Made by a program: the position numbers and the translations under genes
Origin: Geosiphon pyriformis uo1
Taxonomy: Eukaryota; Fungi; Glomeromycota
Direction of reading: 5' to 3'
DNA: 53,168 bases
Assembly: GCA_016748015.1 (NCBI GenBank)
Contig: JAAOMT010000205.1
Coordinates: 1 to 53,168, forward strand
The notes under the pieces: generated by a model
What the model saw: the letters and a program-made list of their open reading frames with translations, nothing else
The model's database searches: none
Told to the model about the DNA's origin: nothing
Shown: positions 17,875 through 31,256 of the stretch, piece after piece
How positions within the stretch are numbered: the first letter of the stretch is position 1
Layout: every line of letters begins with the position of its first letter

Positions 17875-20800
17875 CCACACTATTAAACTGATTCTAGACA
17901 GTGGATTAGCTGGCAGTATAATTACATGACAACTCATGAACCAATTAGATCACTAAGTTGATCGAGCTGCCAGTACACAAATTATTACTGTGAATAGAGC
18001 AACCAAAACTCCTATTGGTAAGATTAATGATTTTTCTTTTGAAGTAAATAGTATTATTACACCAATCAAAGTTTTGGTGATGGAAGCTACTCAGTATCAG
18101 GCATTAGTTGGTAATGACTGATTAGTCAAAACAAACACTGTGCTTGACTGGAACACACAAGAACTACAGCTCAGCCAGAATGGCCAACACACATGGGTAC
18201 CTGTTATGTGTGGTTATTTCAAAACTCTTACCCTGACAACACCACTTATCGAGTTAGAAGAAGAAGAGAAGAAATTTACCTGGGAAGCCTATTAAGTATC
18301 TTGGGCCAACAAAGACCACAATGAGCTACTGCCAATACTATTATAGAACAAGCCAGAAAAAAAAAAACAAAGAGAAGAACTCACCTGGAAAACTGACGAT
18401 TTGACATGGACTGATAATGACAAACTAACATCCAATTGGGAGTAAAAAAAAGATAAAGGAAGAAACAAAAGGAAAGGAAAAGAGAAAGATATCATCCAAG
18501 CCAACAACACTTATATTCCAGCCATCTATGCTTTATTACAACAGTCTACCTATTGCCAATTCAAACTAGTATGCATTAATTGTGACAAGAAACTGTCGTC
18601 AATGGGTGCATGCTGTGGTAATGACAAGGAATACCAAATGGCAACTAAGTTTTACTACTGCTCATGCCTCATTGAACACTTTGGAAGACCAAAATAAGTT
18701 GGAAAATGGGACAATGAACCATGCTTGGCTTGTGGTAAAACTTTTCTTAATGAAGGAATGTGGAATAACATCCCTGGAAGAAAAGAAACATGTGATGAAT
18801 TGTGTCAGTACACAATTCTCATAAATGACTGGATGAGAAAAGGAACACCCATAGATGCTGTCTGGAGGCGAGCCATTAAATGCTTAGATGGTTGTCCACA
18901 CAACGACAACAAGATCTGGCAAATGGCTATCACCAAAATCAAAGAAGCATCATCAGAAAAAATTAGGACAATCAAAAACAATTCTCCAGAGCTCATAGAA
19001 CTTGACTGGGACCCAGAACCAGTCATAAATCTTTTGGACCCAGAACAATTCCATAAGCACTACCAAGAATTAGCATCCACTAGAAAGGAGCAGAAACAAT
19101 GCTTAGAAAAAATAAACACCTGATTATGTGACCACTGTTTGATTCCATGTAACTTCCAGTATTGCAATGAGTGTGATCTTATTTACAATCTACCACCATG
19201 CATGATCTACACAATCTCAGAAGAAAATGAACCAATGAGCAATTGCACATCAGAATTAAAATCAACTTTTGATCCTGATTCAAACTCCAACAATGATAAT
19301 AATGAAAACAACAGTTTCAGTTCCACTCCAAATAGCAATGAAAATGATGATGATTCAAACTCTGATTCAAAAACCCAAAACCTTTATCACACTTTCTGAT
19401 CTTTTCAAGAAACAGGAACTTAAATGGTTCAGTGATAATGGCAAAGATATTATGCCAGAATGTACACATGATACTGATGCAGGGTTTGACCTGAGATATT
19501 CTGAGAAAAATCCCATCAAATTAAAATCACATTCGCACACTTGCATCGATCTGAAAATAGCACTGGAAATTCTAGCAACAACAATAGTTCAATTAGCATC
19601 CAAGAGTAGTTTAGCAAAAAAAGGAATAAACATCAGAGAAGGAATAATTGACACAGGATATATAGAAAATATCATTGCTATGCTACAAAATGATTCAGAA
19701 AAAGCATATGTCATAGATCCAAATGAAAAAATAGCACAGGCAATATTTCTACCTCTGGTGAAAATAGCTCAGTTAGTGTCAGTAAGAAACAGGGAAGAAT
19801 TAAGGATCACAGCTAGAGGGATATAGGGATTTGAATCAACAGATAGAATAGATATACCAATTAATATGGCAGAGGAAGTTATTGACAAAGGAGAAATTAT
19901 CTCAATCTGCCAATCAATCTCTATTCTACCATATGACCAGTATATGTTAGCTATAAAGAGAGAAGTAAAGAATCAAGTTCAGTTGTTTGAAGCAGAAACC
20001 ACCATTTGTGAATCAGGAGAGATTAGACTCACCAATCTCTACATATCAGCCAAAAGCCCCAAAAACATCAAAATTCCCATCTACAACACAACCAGAAACA
20101 TTATTGAAATACCAAAGGGAACTATCATTGGATATTTAACCACTGAAGTTGAGAATCAACCACCAAACCACATCCCAGATTTTTTACAGCTGTGTGGATA
20201 TGTGGATATTACATCATAAACCATTTACAGACAAAGCAAATGTTATCTGCTCCAACCAGAACAATTAGAACAGATGAACATGGGGAATCTAGACCCACTC
20301 CAACAAATGCAACTAAAAATGTTACTCAGCAATTTCAATGATATCTTTGTAAGCGAAAATGAATTTGGCCACACCAATATCATTCAGCATCAGATCAAGA
20401 CTGGAGATGCAATGCCAATTAAGCAAAGAGCATACAGAGTACCACCAGCTAGCCATGAGATCATTTGTTAAAAAATCAATTGGATGCTTGACAATGGGCT
20501 AATTCAGCCATCAATAAGTCCATGGTCATTACCAGTGGTACTAGTTCAGAAGAAAAATAGAAAAATATGCTTTTGTATTGATTACCAGAAATTGAATGAA
20601 GTAACCAAAAGAGACAGCTACCCAACTCCAAAGATCTAAGAACTGTTTGACACCTTTGGAGGAAATAAATGGTTCTCAACACTAGATTTAGATAGTGGCT
20701 ACTGGCAAGTAGCCATGGATCCAGCCGACAAAGAAAAGACTGCATTTATAACAAAAGAAGAGAATTTTGAGTTTAAAGTCATGCCATTTGGCTTGATGAA

Positions 20801-21673
20801 CACTCTAACAACATTTTAATAACTTATAGAAATTGTCTATACAGGATTACTATGAAAATCAGTAGTTGTATACTTAAATAACACAAATGTATTTTCTAAG
20901 ACATTTGATGACCATCTATATTATCTCCAACAAGTATTTGAAAGACTCAGACAAGCAGGATTGAAACTAAATGCCAACAAATGCTTCTTTGGCAAAACTG
21001 AGCTCAAGTTTTTGGGACATGTGGTGAGCAAAAATGGTATCAAAACAAATTCAGATAAGATTGCAATAATAAAGAACTTTCCAGTACCAACAAACTTGCC
21101 AGAACTAAGGGCATTTTTGGGATTTGCAGGCTATTATCGCCACTTTATCAAGGATTTTTCTAAACTAGCCCAGCCACTTCATTATTTACAAACCAAGAAT
21201 GTAAAGTATGAATGGACTGAAGCTCAACAAAAAGCATTCAACATATTGAGAAGAAAGCTTATTCAAGCTCCAGTGTTGATATATTCAGACTACAGCAAAC
21301 CATTCATCATTACTACAGATGCATCAGGTCAAGCATTGGGAGCAGTACTATCACAGAAAGAACCAAATGGAAGAGAACATCCAGTAGCTTATGCCAGTAA
21401 AAGCTTAAGTCCAGCTGAAAAGAACTATAAAACACCAGCACTGGAACATTTAGCAATCTATTGGGCAGTCATGAAATGGAGAGAATACTTGAGCCAAAAG
21501 TTTGAAATATATACGGATCACAAGGGATTGACTTCAATCCAAAAACAAGAATTTGCAGACAATTACCATGCCAGATGGAAAATAGAACTTCACCATTTAA
21601 TTATACAGTACATTATAAAAAAGGAAAAGACAATAGAAATGCTAATAAATTGTCGTGAATAAAACAAATCTAA
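17875..21673 (+). pseudogene. pol: B pol: PR, Cys-rich domain, dUTPase (about 19420-19850), RT, RNase H
   Basis: ILDSG; DAGFDLRY, IIDTGY, KIAQAIF; LDLDSGYWQV, YLNN; TTDASGQALGAVL; ends QI* at 21671-21673. Confidence 0.92.
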
Positions 21674-21703
21674 AAACATTTCAACCCAAAAATATAACAA
21701 AAC

Positions 21704-22195
21704 ATAAATACACAAAAATACTAACAACTTTAATATTATATAAATACCCAATTGTTCAAGGAAAAATTATCTCAAAAAAAACAAAACAACATAAAACAAC
21801 AATCAAAATATTTTATCAATCATCAAAATATGCTTTACTGAAAGAACAGAAGAAATTCAGATCAACCAATCAGAGTAATCACAGAACCAGAGAAAGAGAC
21901 AATATTATTCAACATGCACTCAGACCCAACAGCAGGACATTTTCATAAAGAAACAACCATAGAAAGAACCAGAAAAAGATACTATTGGCTATTAATGTAT
22001 TCAAATACCATCCAATATGTTCAAAATTGTGATGCTTGTCAGAGAAGAGAAAAAACAAGACTCAGTGAACCATTAAGACCAATCAAAGTGAAACAACCAT
22101 TTGATCATATTGGAATTGACTTAGTCAAACCATTAACAATTACCAGCAGAAACAACAGATATATTGCAGTAACTATGAATTATCTCACTAAATGG
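21704..22195 (+). pseudogene. B integrase, 5' part (interrupted by D)
   Basis: ATA (decayed ATG), MHSDPTAGHF...CDACQ, IGIDLV, YLTKW; resumes PEAKA at 32183. Confidence 0.9.
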
Positions 22196-23042
22196 TGTTA
22201 CAGGTGACAATTTCTGGTGTTAAATTAAATACGAACTCGTAACTTGGTGCTCAAAGCTATTCTCGTTGTCAATGATCTGAAGGTTTGGTATCTGAAGGTT
22301 TTGTATCTGAAAGGTTTGGTTGAGTTCTTTGTATAATGGACAGAGATTCAATGGTGATAGTTTTTTCTGTAGCTTCCCGAAACCGCAGTTTTGTCAATTT
22401 TTTTCTCAGCTTGATGACTGGTATTCCTTCTGGTAAGCTATCCTCAATCAAGTGTTCTACCCTTATTTCTGGGTCTTTTACCAGTCACGTTTATCCTGAC
22501 GTCAGTGTCTTGTGTGTTAATTCTCAATAGAGTTAGTAAACAACAATAAAATCAAAACAAGAAAATAAATAAAATAAAATAAAATAAAGAAAGAAAAGAA
22601 ATAAGCCAAGGCAATTTGCGAGTTAGTATTCCATCAATAGCCATGATCAAGAGCTATTGTTCCAGTGTGATTAAGTATCAATTACTATCAACATGAAGTG
22701 TTGATAGTAGAAATGAGTTTGAGATAACAAATAGTTATTTATTAGATGATTGTAATTTGGAGAGTTGCTTAGATTAAATCTAAAACTAAGAGATCTGTCT
22801 TTTCAGCTTCTAATCCTGCTGCTATATATACATAATTGAGATTCCTCAATTCTTCACAACAAGAATCCTGAAATTTCTGGAATCCTGAAATTCTGGAATC
22901 CTGCGATTCCTCGTCAGAGAATCCTGAAATTCCTGGAATTCTGCAATTCCTGAGAGGAATTCTGGAATTCCACATTTACTATGCCTACTTCTGATTGGCT
23001 AATAATCATGCTAATATATTTCTTATATTTCTATGAATAATA
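22196..23042 (-). repeat. 3' LTR of D
   Basis: Repeat of 31257-32178; preceded on minus by PPT AAAAGGAGAGAATAA (23043-23057). Confidence 0.95.
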
Positions 23043-23055
23043 TTATTCTCTCCTT

Positions 23056-23685
23056 TTAATATTGAGCTCCGTCAAAATCCAACTCGTTTAATTCCCCCTC
23101 TTGAAGTATTTCTTGGATTTTGTTTTCGAGAATTACTTGTGTTATTTGGGTCTGTAATTTTTTAAATTGAGCATTAGTGATCTTTTTCAATTGATTACTG
23201 GTAACCATATCCATTGCTTTGTTGAGTAATATTTCTGGTCTATCCTAAAATGCTGTGTGTATTTGGTATATAGCTTGGGCCTGTGTGGATAAGTTGTTCT
23301 TTCTCACAAAATTTTTTAATTGTTGTGATATTCTTTTGTTGAATAATCACTTTGTTTTATCTGTATATAGATTCTGGATATTTACATGTTGTCCCAAGTA
23401 AAAATAACAATAGTTTCATGGAAATTGTTGTATCCACCAATTCCAAGTTTCTTTAGTCAACTCTTGATATAGTGACTCTTTTGTCGACTCTCTTATTGCT
23501 AATTTTACTTTCACAATGATTTTGTTCACAGTATTTTCAGTTTTCTTTTGTGTTCTGGATTGCAATGTCTTTCTAGTATCTTGATATCAAATGGTTTGTT
23601 GATTGATTATAATCTCCATTTCCTGGTGTTGGATCAATTGAAAGAGTTGTTGTGCTAATGAATAAATGTTGTCTGTAATTTCCAT
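23056..23685 (-). pseudogene. D ORF3, unknown protein (209 codons)
   Basis: MEITDNIYSLAQQLF...YCYFYLGQHV...AQAIYQIHTAF...DFDGAQY*; single frame with point stops; absent from the ORF track. Confidence 0.85.
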
Positions 23686-23739
23686 TTTTCTGATATTTCC
23701 TGTCGCATCTACCATGTCTTTATATATTTTTTTGATGAA

Positions 23740-25118
23740 TCAATTTGATGTGTTGTTGTCAATAATGATTGGTTCCAGATCTCGTGGAATCTGATCTGGT
23801 TGAACTAGTATTCTCTGTACTCCTAATTGTGGAATATTACTGGTGGATGGTGGTATGGTGTTGTGGTATGGTTTCAGTCAATCTCTATGTGCTGCTTTGG
23901 TTAAGATTTTGTTGTCTAGTCTTAATTTGTAAGCTCCATTTCCTAGAATTTTTTCTATGTGAAATGGTCTGTCCTATTTGGGATCAAATTTTCCACTCCA
24001 TTGTTTTTCCACTTTGGTATAATGTAAAAGTACTTTGTTTCCAATCTTGAATTTAATTGGTTTGTCTGGTAGTTGATTATCATGTTTTTTTTCTGTTTCT
24101 CTTGTGACTTTTGTATGTTATCAATTGCTCTTCTTTGTTTGTTTTCCAATGTTTCCATTAAGTCATATGTTTTTCTTAACAATGTTTCTTGGAAATTCTT
24201 TTCTGTTATTGGTTCAGTTGAATATGTGTTGATCTCTATCTTTACTGGTAATGTTGCTGTTTTACCGTATACTAATTCAAATAGTGTTGCTTGTGTAGTG
24301 TCTTGCTTCATTGTTCAATAAGCAAATAGTACTAATGGTATTAACATGTCCCAATCATTCTGGTTTTCTTGGCTAAGCTTATCTATTGCTTCACACAATG
24401 TTCTGTTGAATCTTTCAACTAATCTGTTGGTTTGTGGATGGTATGGTAATAATAGTGGTCTCTTAATTCCGAATTTTTGGCTCAATTCTGTTAATGTTCT
24501 GTTCACAAAATGAGTTCCTTGGTCTGATAATAATTCCTTTGAACATCTGTGTTGACAAATTAAATCTTGATGAATGAATTCAGCAATGGATTCTGCATCT
24601 GCTCTTTGAATTGCTTTCACCTCTGGCCATTTAGTGAGATAGTCCATGGCTACTGCTATGTATCTGTTTTCTCCTCTAGTGATTGTTAATGGTCTGACTA
24701 GATCAATTCCAATACAGTCAAATGGTTGTTTCACTTTAATTGGTCTTAATAGTTCACTGGGTTTCATTCCTCCTCTTCACTGACAAGCATCACAATTTTG
24801 AACATATTGGATAATGTCTGGATATATTGATGGCCAATAGTATTTTTTTCTGGTTTTTTCCATGGTTGCTTCTTTGTAAAAGTGTTCTGCTGTTGAATTT
24901 GAGGGCATGTTGAATAATATTGTCTCTTTTTCTGGCTCTGTAATTACTTTGGTTGGTTGCTCTAGCTCTTTTCTATTTTTTTGATAAAGTATATTTTGGT
25001 GAATGATAAAATATTTTGATTGTTGTTTGATACTCTTTCGTTCTGTTTGAGATAAATTCTTCTTGAACTGTTAAGTGTTTATATAATGTTGCAGTTGTTG
25101 ATATTTTTGTATGTTCAT
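23740..25118 (-). pseudogene. D integrase, separate ORF
   Basis: MNIQKYQQLQHYI..., CDACQ, IGIDLV, LSDQGTHF, PYHPQTN; ATG 61 nt after the RNase H stop. Confidence 0.9.
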
Positions 25119-25179
25119 CTTTTGTTATATTTTTTGTTGGTATTGTTCTGGTTTTGTTATATTTTGAGTTGAAATGTTC

Positions 25180-28100
25180 TTAGATTTGTCTCATTCACAA
25201 CAAACCATTAGCATTTCCATTGTCTTTTTCCTTTTTATAATGTATAGTATAATTATATAGTGTGAGTGCCATTTTCTATCTTGACTGTCTTTTATCTCCA
25301 AATTCTTGTTTTTGAAGTGATGTTAATCTTTTGTGATCTGTGTATACTCCAAACTTTTGGCTCAAGTATTTTTTCCATTTCATGACTGCCCAGTATATCG
25401 TTAAGTGTTCTTGTTCTGGTGTTCCATAGTTCTTTTCGGCTGGTGTTAAACCTCTGCTGGCATATGCTATTGGATGTTCTCTGCTGTCTGGTCTTCTCTG
25501 AGATAGTACTGTTCCCAATGCTGGGCCGGATGCATTGGTGGTAATGATAAATGGTTTGCTGTAATCTGGATAGATTAGTACTGGAGCTTGAATGAGCTTT
25601 CTTCTCAGAATATCAAAAGCTTCTTGTTGACTTTCTGTCCATTTATATTTTGTATTCTTGGTTTGCAATTGGTTGAGTGGCTGCGCTATTTTGAAAAAGT
25701 TTTTGATAAAACATTGATAGTAGCTAGCAAATCCCAAGAATGATTTCAGTTCTGTCATATTTGTCAGTACTGGAAAGTTCTTTACTATCTCTATTTTCTC
25801 TGGATTTATTTTGATGCTGTCTTTGCTGACTATGTGTCCCAAAAATTTTAGTTCTGTTTTGCCAAAAAAACACTTTGTTGCATTTAACTTTAGTCTTGCT
25901 CTTCTTAGTTTTTCGAACACTTGTTGAAGATGATGAAGATAATCATCAAATGTTTTTGAGAATACATTGGTGTTGTTCAAGTATACAATTACTGATTTCC
26001 ACAATAAGCCAGTATAAACAATTTCTATTAGCTTTTGGAAAGTGGCTGGTGCGTTGGTTAAGCCAAATGGCATTACTTCAAATTCAAAATTCCCTTCTCT
26101 GGTGGTGAATGCTGTCTTTTCTTTGTCAGCTGGATCCATGGTTACTTGTCAGTAACCACTGTCCAGGTCTAATGTTGAAAACCATTTGTTTCCACTGAAA
26201 GCATCAAATAATTCTTGGATCCGTGAAGTGGGGTAGCTATCTCCATGAGTTATTCCATTGAGTTTTCTATAATCTACACAAAAGTGGATCTTTCTATTCT
26301 TTTTACGAACGAGTATCACTGGTAATAACCATGGGCTCATTGATGGCTGAATTAGCCTGTTGTCAAGCATTCAGTTTATCTTTTGCCAGATAATCTTGTG
26401 GCTAGCTGGTAGTACTCTGTATGCTCTTTGTTTAATTGGCATTGCATCTCCAGTCTTGATCTAATGCTGGATGATGTCAGTTTGGCCAAACTCATTTTCA
26501 CTGGCAAAGATGTCATTGAAATTGTTGAGCAACATCTTAAGTTGCATACTTTGGAGTAAATCCAAGTTTCCTATGTTTATTTGTTCCAATTGTTCTGATT
26601 GGAGCAAATAACATTCGCTTTGTCCGTATATCATTTGTGATGTAATATCGACATATTCACAAAGCTGTGGAAAGTCCAGAATAGTGCTTGGTGGTTGATC
26701 CTCTATTTCAGTGCTTAAGTATCCAATGGTGGTTCTGGCTGGTATTTCTACAATATTTCTGGTGTTGTTGTAGATGGAAATTTTGATATGGTTATGGCTC
26801 TTGGCTGGTATGTGTAGATTAATAAGTCCAATTTCTCCTGATTCACAAAGGGTTGGTTCTGCTTCAAAAATCTGATTCTGTTTTTTTACTTCTTGCTTTA
26901 TCCCTATCATGTACTGGCCATATGGTGAAATGAAAATTGCTTGACCCACTGAAATAATTTCTCCTTGGTCAACAATTTTTTTTTCTGCCATATTAACTGG
27001 TACATCTATTCTACTCGTTGATCCAAATCCCTGTATTCCTTTCACTGTTATTCCTAATTCCTCCCTCTTTCCTACTGATACTAACTGAGCTACTCTAACC
27101 AGAGACAGGAATATTGTCTGGGCTATCTTTTTGTTAGGCTCTATTATATAGGTCTTTTCTGAGTCATTTTGTAGCATAGTGATGATATTTCTTACATATC
27201 CCATGTCAATTATTTTTCTTCTTATATTAATCCCTCTTTTCACTAAACTACTCCTAGATGCTAATTGAACTATTGTTGTTGCCAGAATTTCTAGTGCTAT
27301 TTTCAAATCAATGCAGGTGTGCAAATGTGGTTCCAATTTAATGATATTTTTTCCTGGATACCTCAGATCAAATTCAGCATCAGTATTGTGTACACGTTCT
27401 GGCATGATACCTTCATTATTGTCACTATACCATTTCAACTCCTGTTCTTTGGAAAGGTCTGGCAGTGCAATGTATTGTTCATATTTTGGGTCGGGGTTTG
27501 GATCTGAGTTGGAATTGTTGTCATTGTTAATGCCATTTTAAATGGAGCTGAAACCGGTGTTTTTGTTATCATCCTTGTTGGAGTTTGAATTGGAATTGAA
27601 AATCAATTCCGATTCTGATGTGCAGCTGTTGATTGGTTCTTCTTTTTTGGGGATTGTATAGATCATGTGTGGTGGTGGATTGTAAATGAGGTCACACTCA
27701 TTACAATATTAGAAGTCACATGAAATCAAACAATAGTCACATAGTCAAGTGTTTATTTCTTTCAATCTTTGTTCCTGCTCTTCTCTGGTGGATGCTAAGT
27801 TCTGATAGTGTTTATGGAATTCTTCTGGACTGTTTTCTAAGTTGAGAAAGATGTCCGGGTTGAGAACCAAAACAATGTCTGTTGGTTCTGGAGCATTGTT
27901 TTTAATTTCTAAAATCTCACTGGGTGAAGTGCCCTCTACTTTGGCATTGGCCATTCACCAGATTTCGTCTTTGTCATGTGGGTAATCTTCTAAGTGAGAG
28001 ATTGCTCAGTGCCAGACAGCTGTTATTGGTGTGCCGCGACTTACCCAATCATTGATGAGGATTGTGTATTGGCACAAAGCATCACACGTTCCTCCTCAAC

Positions 28101-31100
28101 CAGGAATGTTATTCCACATTCTTTCGTCGAGTAATTGTTCGCTGCAAGCAAGACATGGTTTGTTGTCCCATTTGCCTTGTCATTTTGGGTAACCATAGCA
28201 TTCTTTATGGCATGGTTTGCAGTAGTAGTAGGTTTGCATCCAGTAGTCTTCGTCTGGCACGATCCATGCTTCCATAGAAGAGAGTTTCTTCTTGCAGTCC
28301 TGACATTTTAAGGGAATATAAGGTGGCTCCTTCACTGGCTTATGTAAGTATTCTTTTTCCCAGCCACTGGTTATTTTTTCTGTAATTTTATTGGTTTTTC
28401 CAAGTAAGTCTTTTTCTTTCTCCTTTCCTTTCCCTTTTTCTTTCCAGCTGGTTGGTGTTGCTTTGTTTTCATCATCATTATTCCAGGTGTCAATAGTGGT
28501 CTCACAAGTATGTTCTTCTGTTTCTGTTCTTTTTCCCTTTACATTGTTTTTTTCTTCCCAGTCTAGAATTGGCGGTAGCTCGTTGTGCTCAATGTTAGCC
28601 CACAATATTTGGTATGCCTCCCAAGTAGGCTTTGGTTTTTTCTTCTCGAAATTGATAAGCGGCGTTAATGACGTGACGTTGTTAGATTTGAAATGGCCAC
28701 ACATGGCCGATACTTGTGTGTATTGGCTGTTTTGGCTAAGTTGGAGTTCCTGTGTGTTCTAGTCGAGCATTGCGTTGGTTTTGGACAACCAGTTATTGCC
28801 AACAAGAACTTGGTATTGAGTTGCTTCCATTACTAATACCTTGATTAGTACAGTGATGCCGTTGATTTCAATAGATAGATCATCAATTTTGCCAATGGGA
28901 GTTTTGGTTGCTCCATTAGCTGTTATGATTCTGGCACTGGCAGCATGATCAACTCGGCAACCTAATTGGTCCATGAGTTGTCATGTAATAATACTGCCTA
29001 CTAACCTACTATTAAGAATAAGCTTAATGGAATAGCCATCAATTTTGACATCAGTGTATATTGCCATGATGGGTTTTTCCTTAATAGTGGCTCCACTGAA
29101 CAAAAGAACTCTTGATGGTTTTTCAATTTCAAATGAGAATATGGCTGCAAGTGACTTGTCTTCTGTGATAGTGGCTGGTGGGATATTGCTGATGAGTGTT
29201 AATTGTTGGTTGAATCCCAAATTGGTGTTGGTGGCATTTTCTAGGGTAACTAGGAGACTTAAATAGTTTTGAGAATTCAGGTTTTGGGTGGCACCAGTAC
29301 CTGAATTCCGTGAACACAATCTTGATGGTAAGTTAGAAGAACTGGGAATCAGTTGGTGGACAACCATTGCCAATCTCCAGTTTTGTGTAATTCTAGGTCT
29401 GGGGTGGCCTGATGTCATATTAACTGAATTTTGGAGCAGTGTCTGAATTGATTGGGATTGATAAATTTTTTGGGGTTGTAGCTGATAGATTACTGGTGGC
29501 TATGATTAATAAATTTGAGGTTGATATACTGGTGGTTGATAGATTGGTGGCTGTGTCATTGGCAGATAAGTAGTTTAATCTTGATTTGGGTAACAATTTG
29601 GAGTTTGAAATCTGCAATCAAGATTTTGATATTGATTTTCCAATCATAAATTGTTGCTATAAAATTTGCAGTCTGCTTTTATGTGTCCTTGTTTACCACA
29701 GTTGTGGCAAATACACATTTCTGGCTGCCACAGCTGATTAGGTGCTGCTGATGATGATGATGGATGCGACTGATTTTGGAAACAATTTGCATTTCCTGGA
29801 TTATTGCATCATTGTGGTGATTGATAAATTGGGCAATTATCAGCTAAGTATCTCTCTAACTTCTGATTAATTAAATTACTAAATTGTTTCAATTTAGAAT
29901 CCAATTCAGATAATCCATTCATTATTAGGTTCATGGTGTGGGCATGATTGGCTTCTAATTCGGCAGATTCGAAATCTTTGGCATGTGTGACTGTGTCCTG
30001 GAGAATGGCTGGATGTAATGGACATACGTGTTGCAGGATGCTACTGTACAGGCCACAGATGAATTGATTGAGAATTTGTGGCACTGTGAAATAATTAGCA
30101 TTAATTGCTTGGATTTGTCGCAGATTTCTATGAAAACATCCCAGATATGTGGTAACTGCTTTAGTTTTTTTTTGTTTAATTGTAGTGAAAGTGTTGGCTA
30201 ATCTGTTGATGCTGTTGTTATTGCTAAAGTATCTCAAAAATTCTAATTTGAAGGCATTGAAATCTTGGGATTTGTCGACCAGGCTTTAATATCATGAATC
30301 TGCTGTATCTTTGAGAAAATAAGGTATGGCTTGCATGGCTCTGGCATTATTCCATCCGTTGACTGTAATGGCTTTTTCTATATCATTTAGCCAAACTTGT
30401 GCGTCATCCTCTTCGCTGGTGAATTTGTCAAGCTTTGCAATTGGTGCGTATGCCATTTGTTGTTGTTGCTGTGGTGGAAGTTGTTGTTGTTGTTAAGGTG
30501 GTACTGGGGGTGGTTGTTGAGTTTGTTGGTTCGGTATTTGGATGGGCTGACCAATTGGTTCAATTGGTGGTTGATTAATAATGATAAATGGAGATAAGTG
30601 TTGATTAATTACTTCAGAGTTTTGATTTTAGGGTGTTTGAATATTCAGAGTTTTGATTTCCAGATTTTTTCACTGAGTTTGAACATTTGGGGCTCCAAAT
30701 TCCAGGTTTTCAAGGATCAGGTTTTGGTAAGTAAATTCTTGATCTTCCAATTTTTTTTCCTCTTCTTCTTCAGATAGTTCCCACAAGGTAGTGGTTCTAA
30801 AGTCTGGTTGAGATGGCAGTAATCAAATTTTTGATGGTGTTGATGATCATGACTTAAATTCTTTAAAATATTTGCCTTTATTGATGTAAGTAATTGGATA
30901 TCTTTGTTGGATGTAATGTTTAATTTCTTTGTTGATCTCAATAATGATGGAGACAAAATTGTGATTTGTTGGCAGGTTGGTATTTTGAATTAATTCTCTG
31001 TAGAAAGTTTCCCTGGCTGATTCAGTATTCACTAGTGTTCCTAACAAAGAGGAAATCTTTTTGTTGACGTAAAAATTAAAGGCTGATTCGGTAGATATAT

Positions 31101-31194
31101 GATTGTGGTTTAATCTCAAGTGTTGACAATAGTGTTGAAATAGAGATTTCGCGAATCCTAAATGGTTTGCTCTTATGTTTTTTGATTCTGCCAC
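25180..31194 (-). pseudogene. D Gag-PR-Cys-rich-dUTPase-RT-RNase H polyprotein
   Basis: Track ORFs starting at 30237, 29418, 28974, 28704, 27954, 27438, 26370 and 26139 all share one frame; knuckle CHNCGKQGHIKADC; dUTPase RSSL, GIQGFGST; RT MPFGLTNAPATFQ. Confidence 0.93.
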
Positions 31195-31237
31195 TTTTGG
31201 ATGATGTTTATTGGTGCTGGTTTTTTGTAAGATTATA

Positions 31238-31254
31238 CTTCACAGAAAGCACCA
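31238..31254 (-). promoter_or_regulatory. Primer-binding site of D
   Basis: Minus TGGTGCTTTCTGTGAAG, 2 nt after the 5' LTR end. Confidence 0.85.
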
Positions 31255-31256
31255 AA

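Noticed and set aside
22269-22451. Small LTR-encoded peptide (KLRKKLTKLRFREATEK...ESLSIIQ; similar in A 2992-3174)
   Set aside because: No shared ATG, an extra T shifts the frame in both B LTRs, and it is not recognisable in C; better explained by nucleotide or RNA-level conservation.
26461-27438. Host dUTPase gene
   Set aside because: In frame with PR and RT inside element D and repeated in A, B and C; it is a Pol domain.
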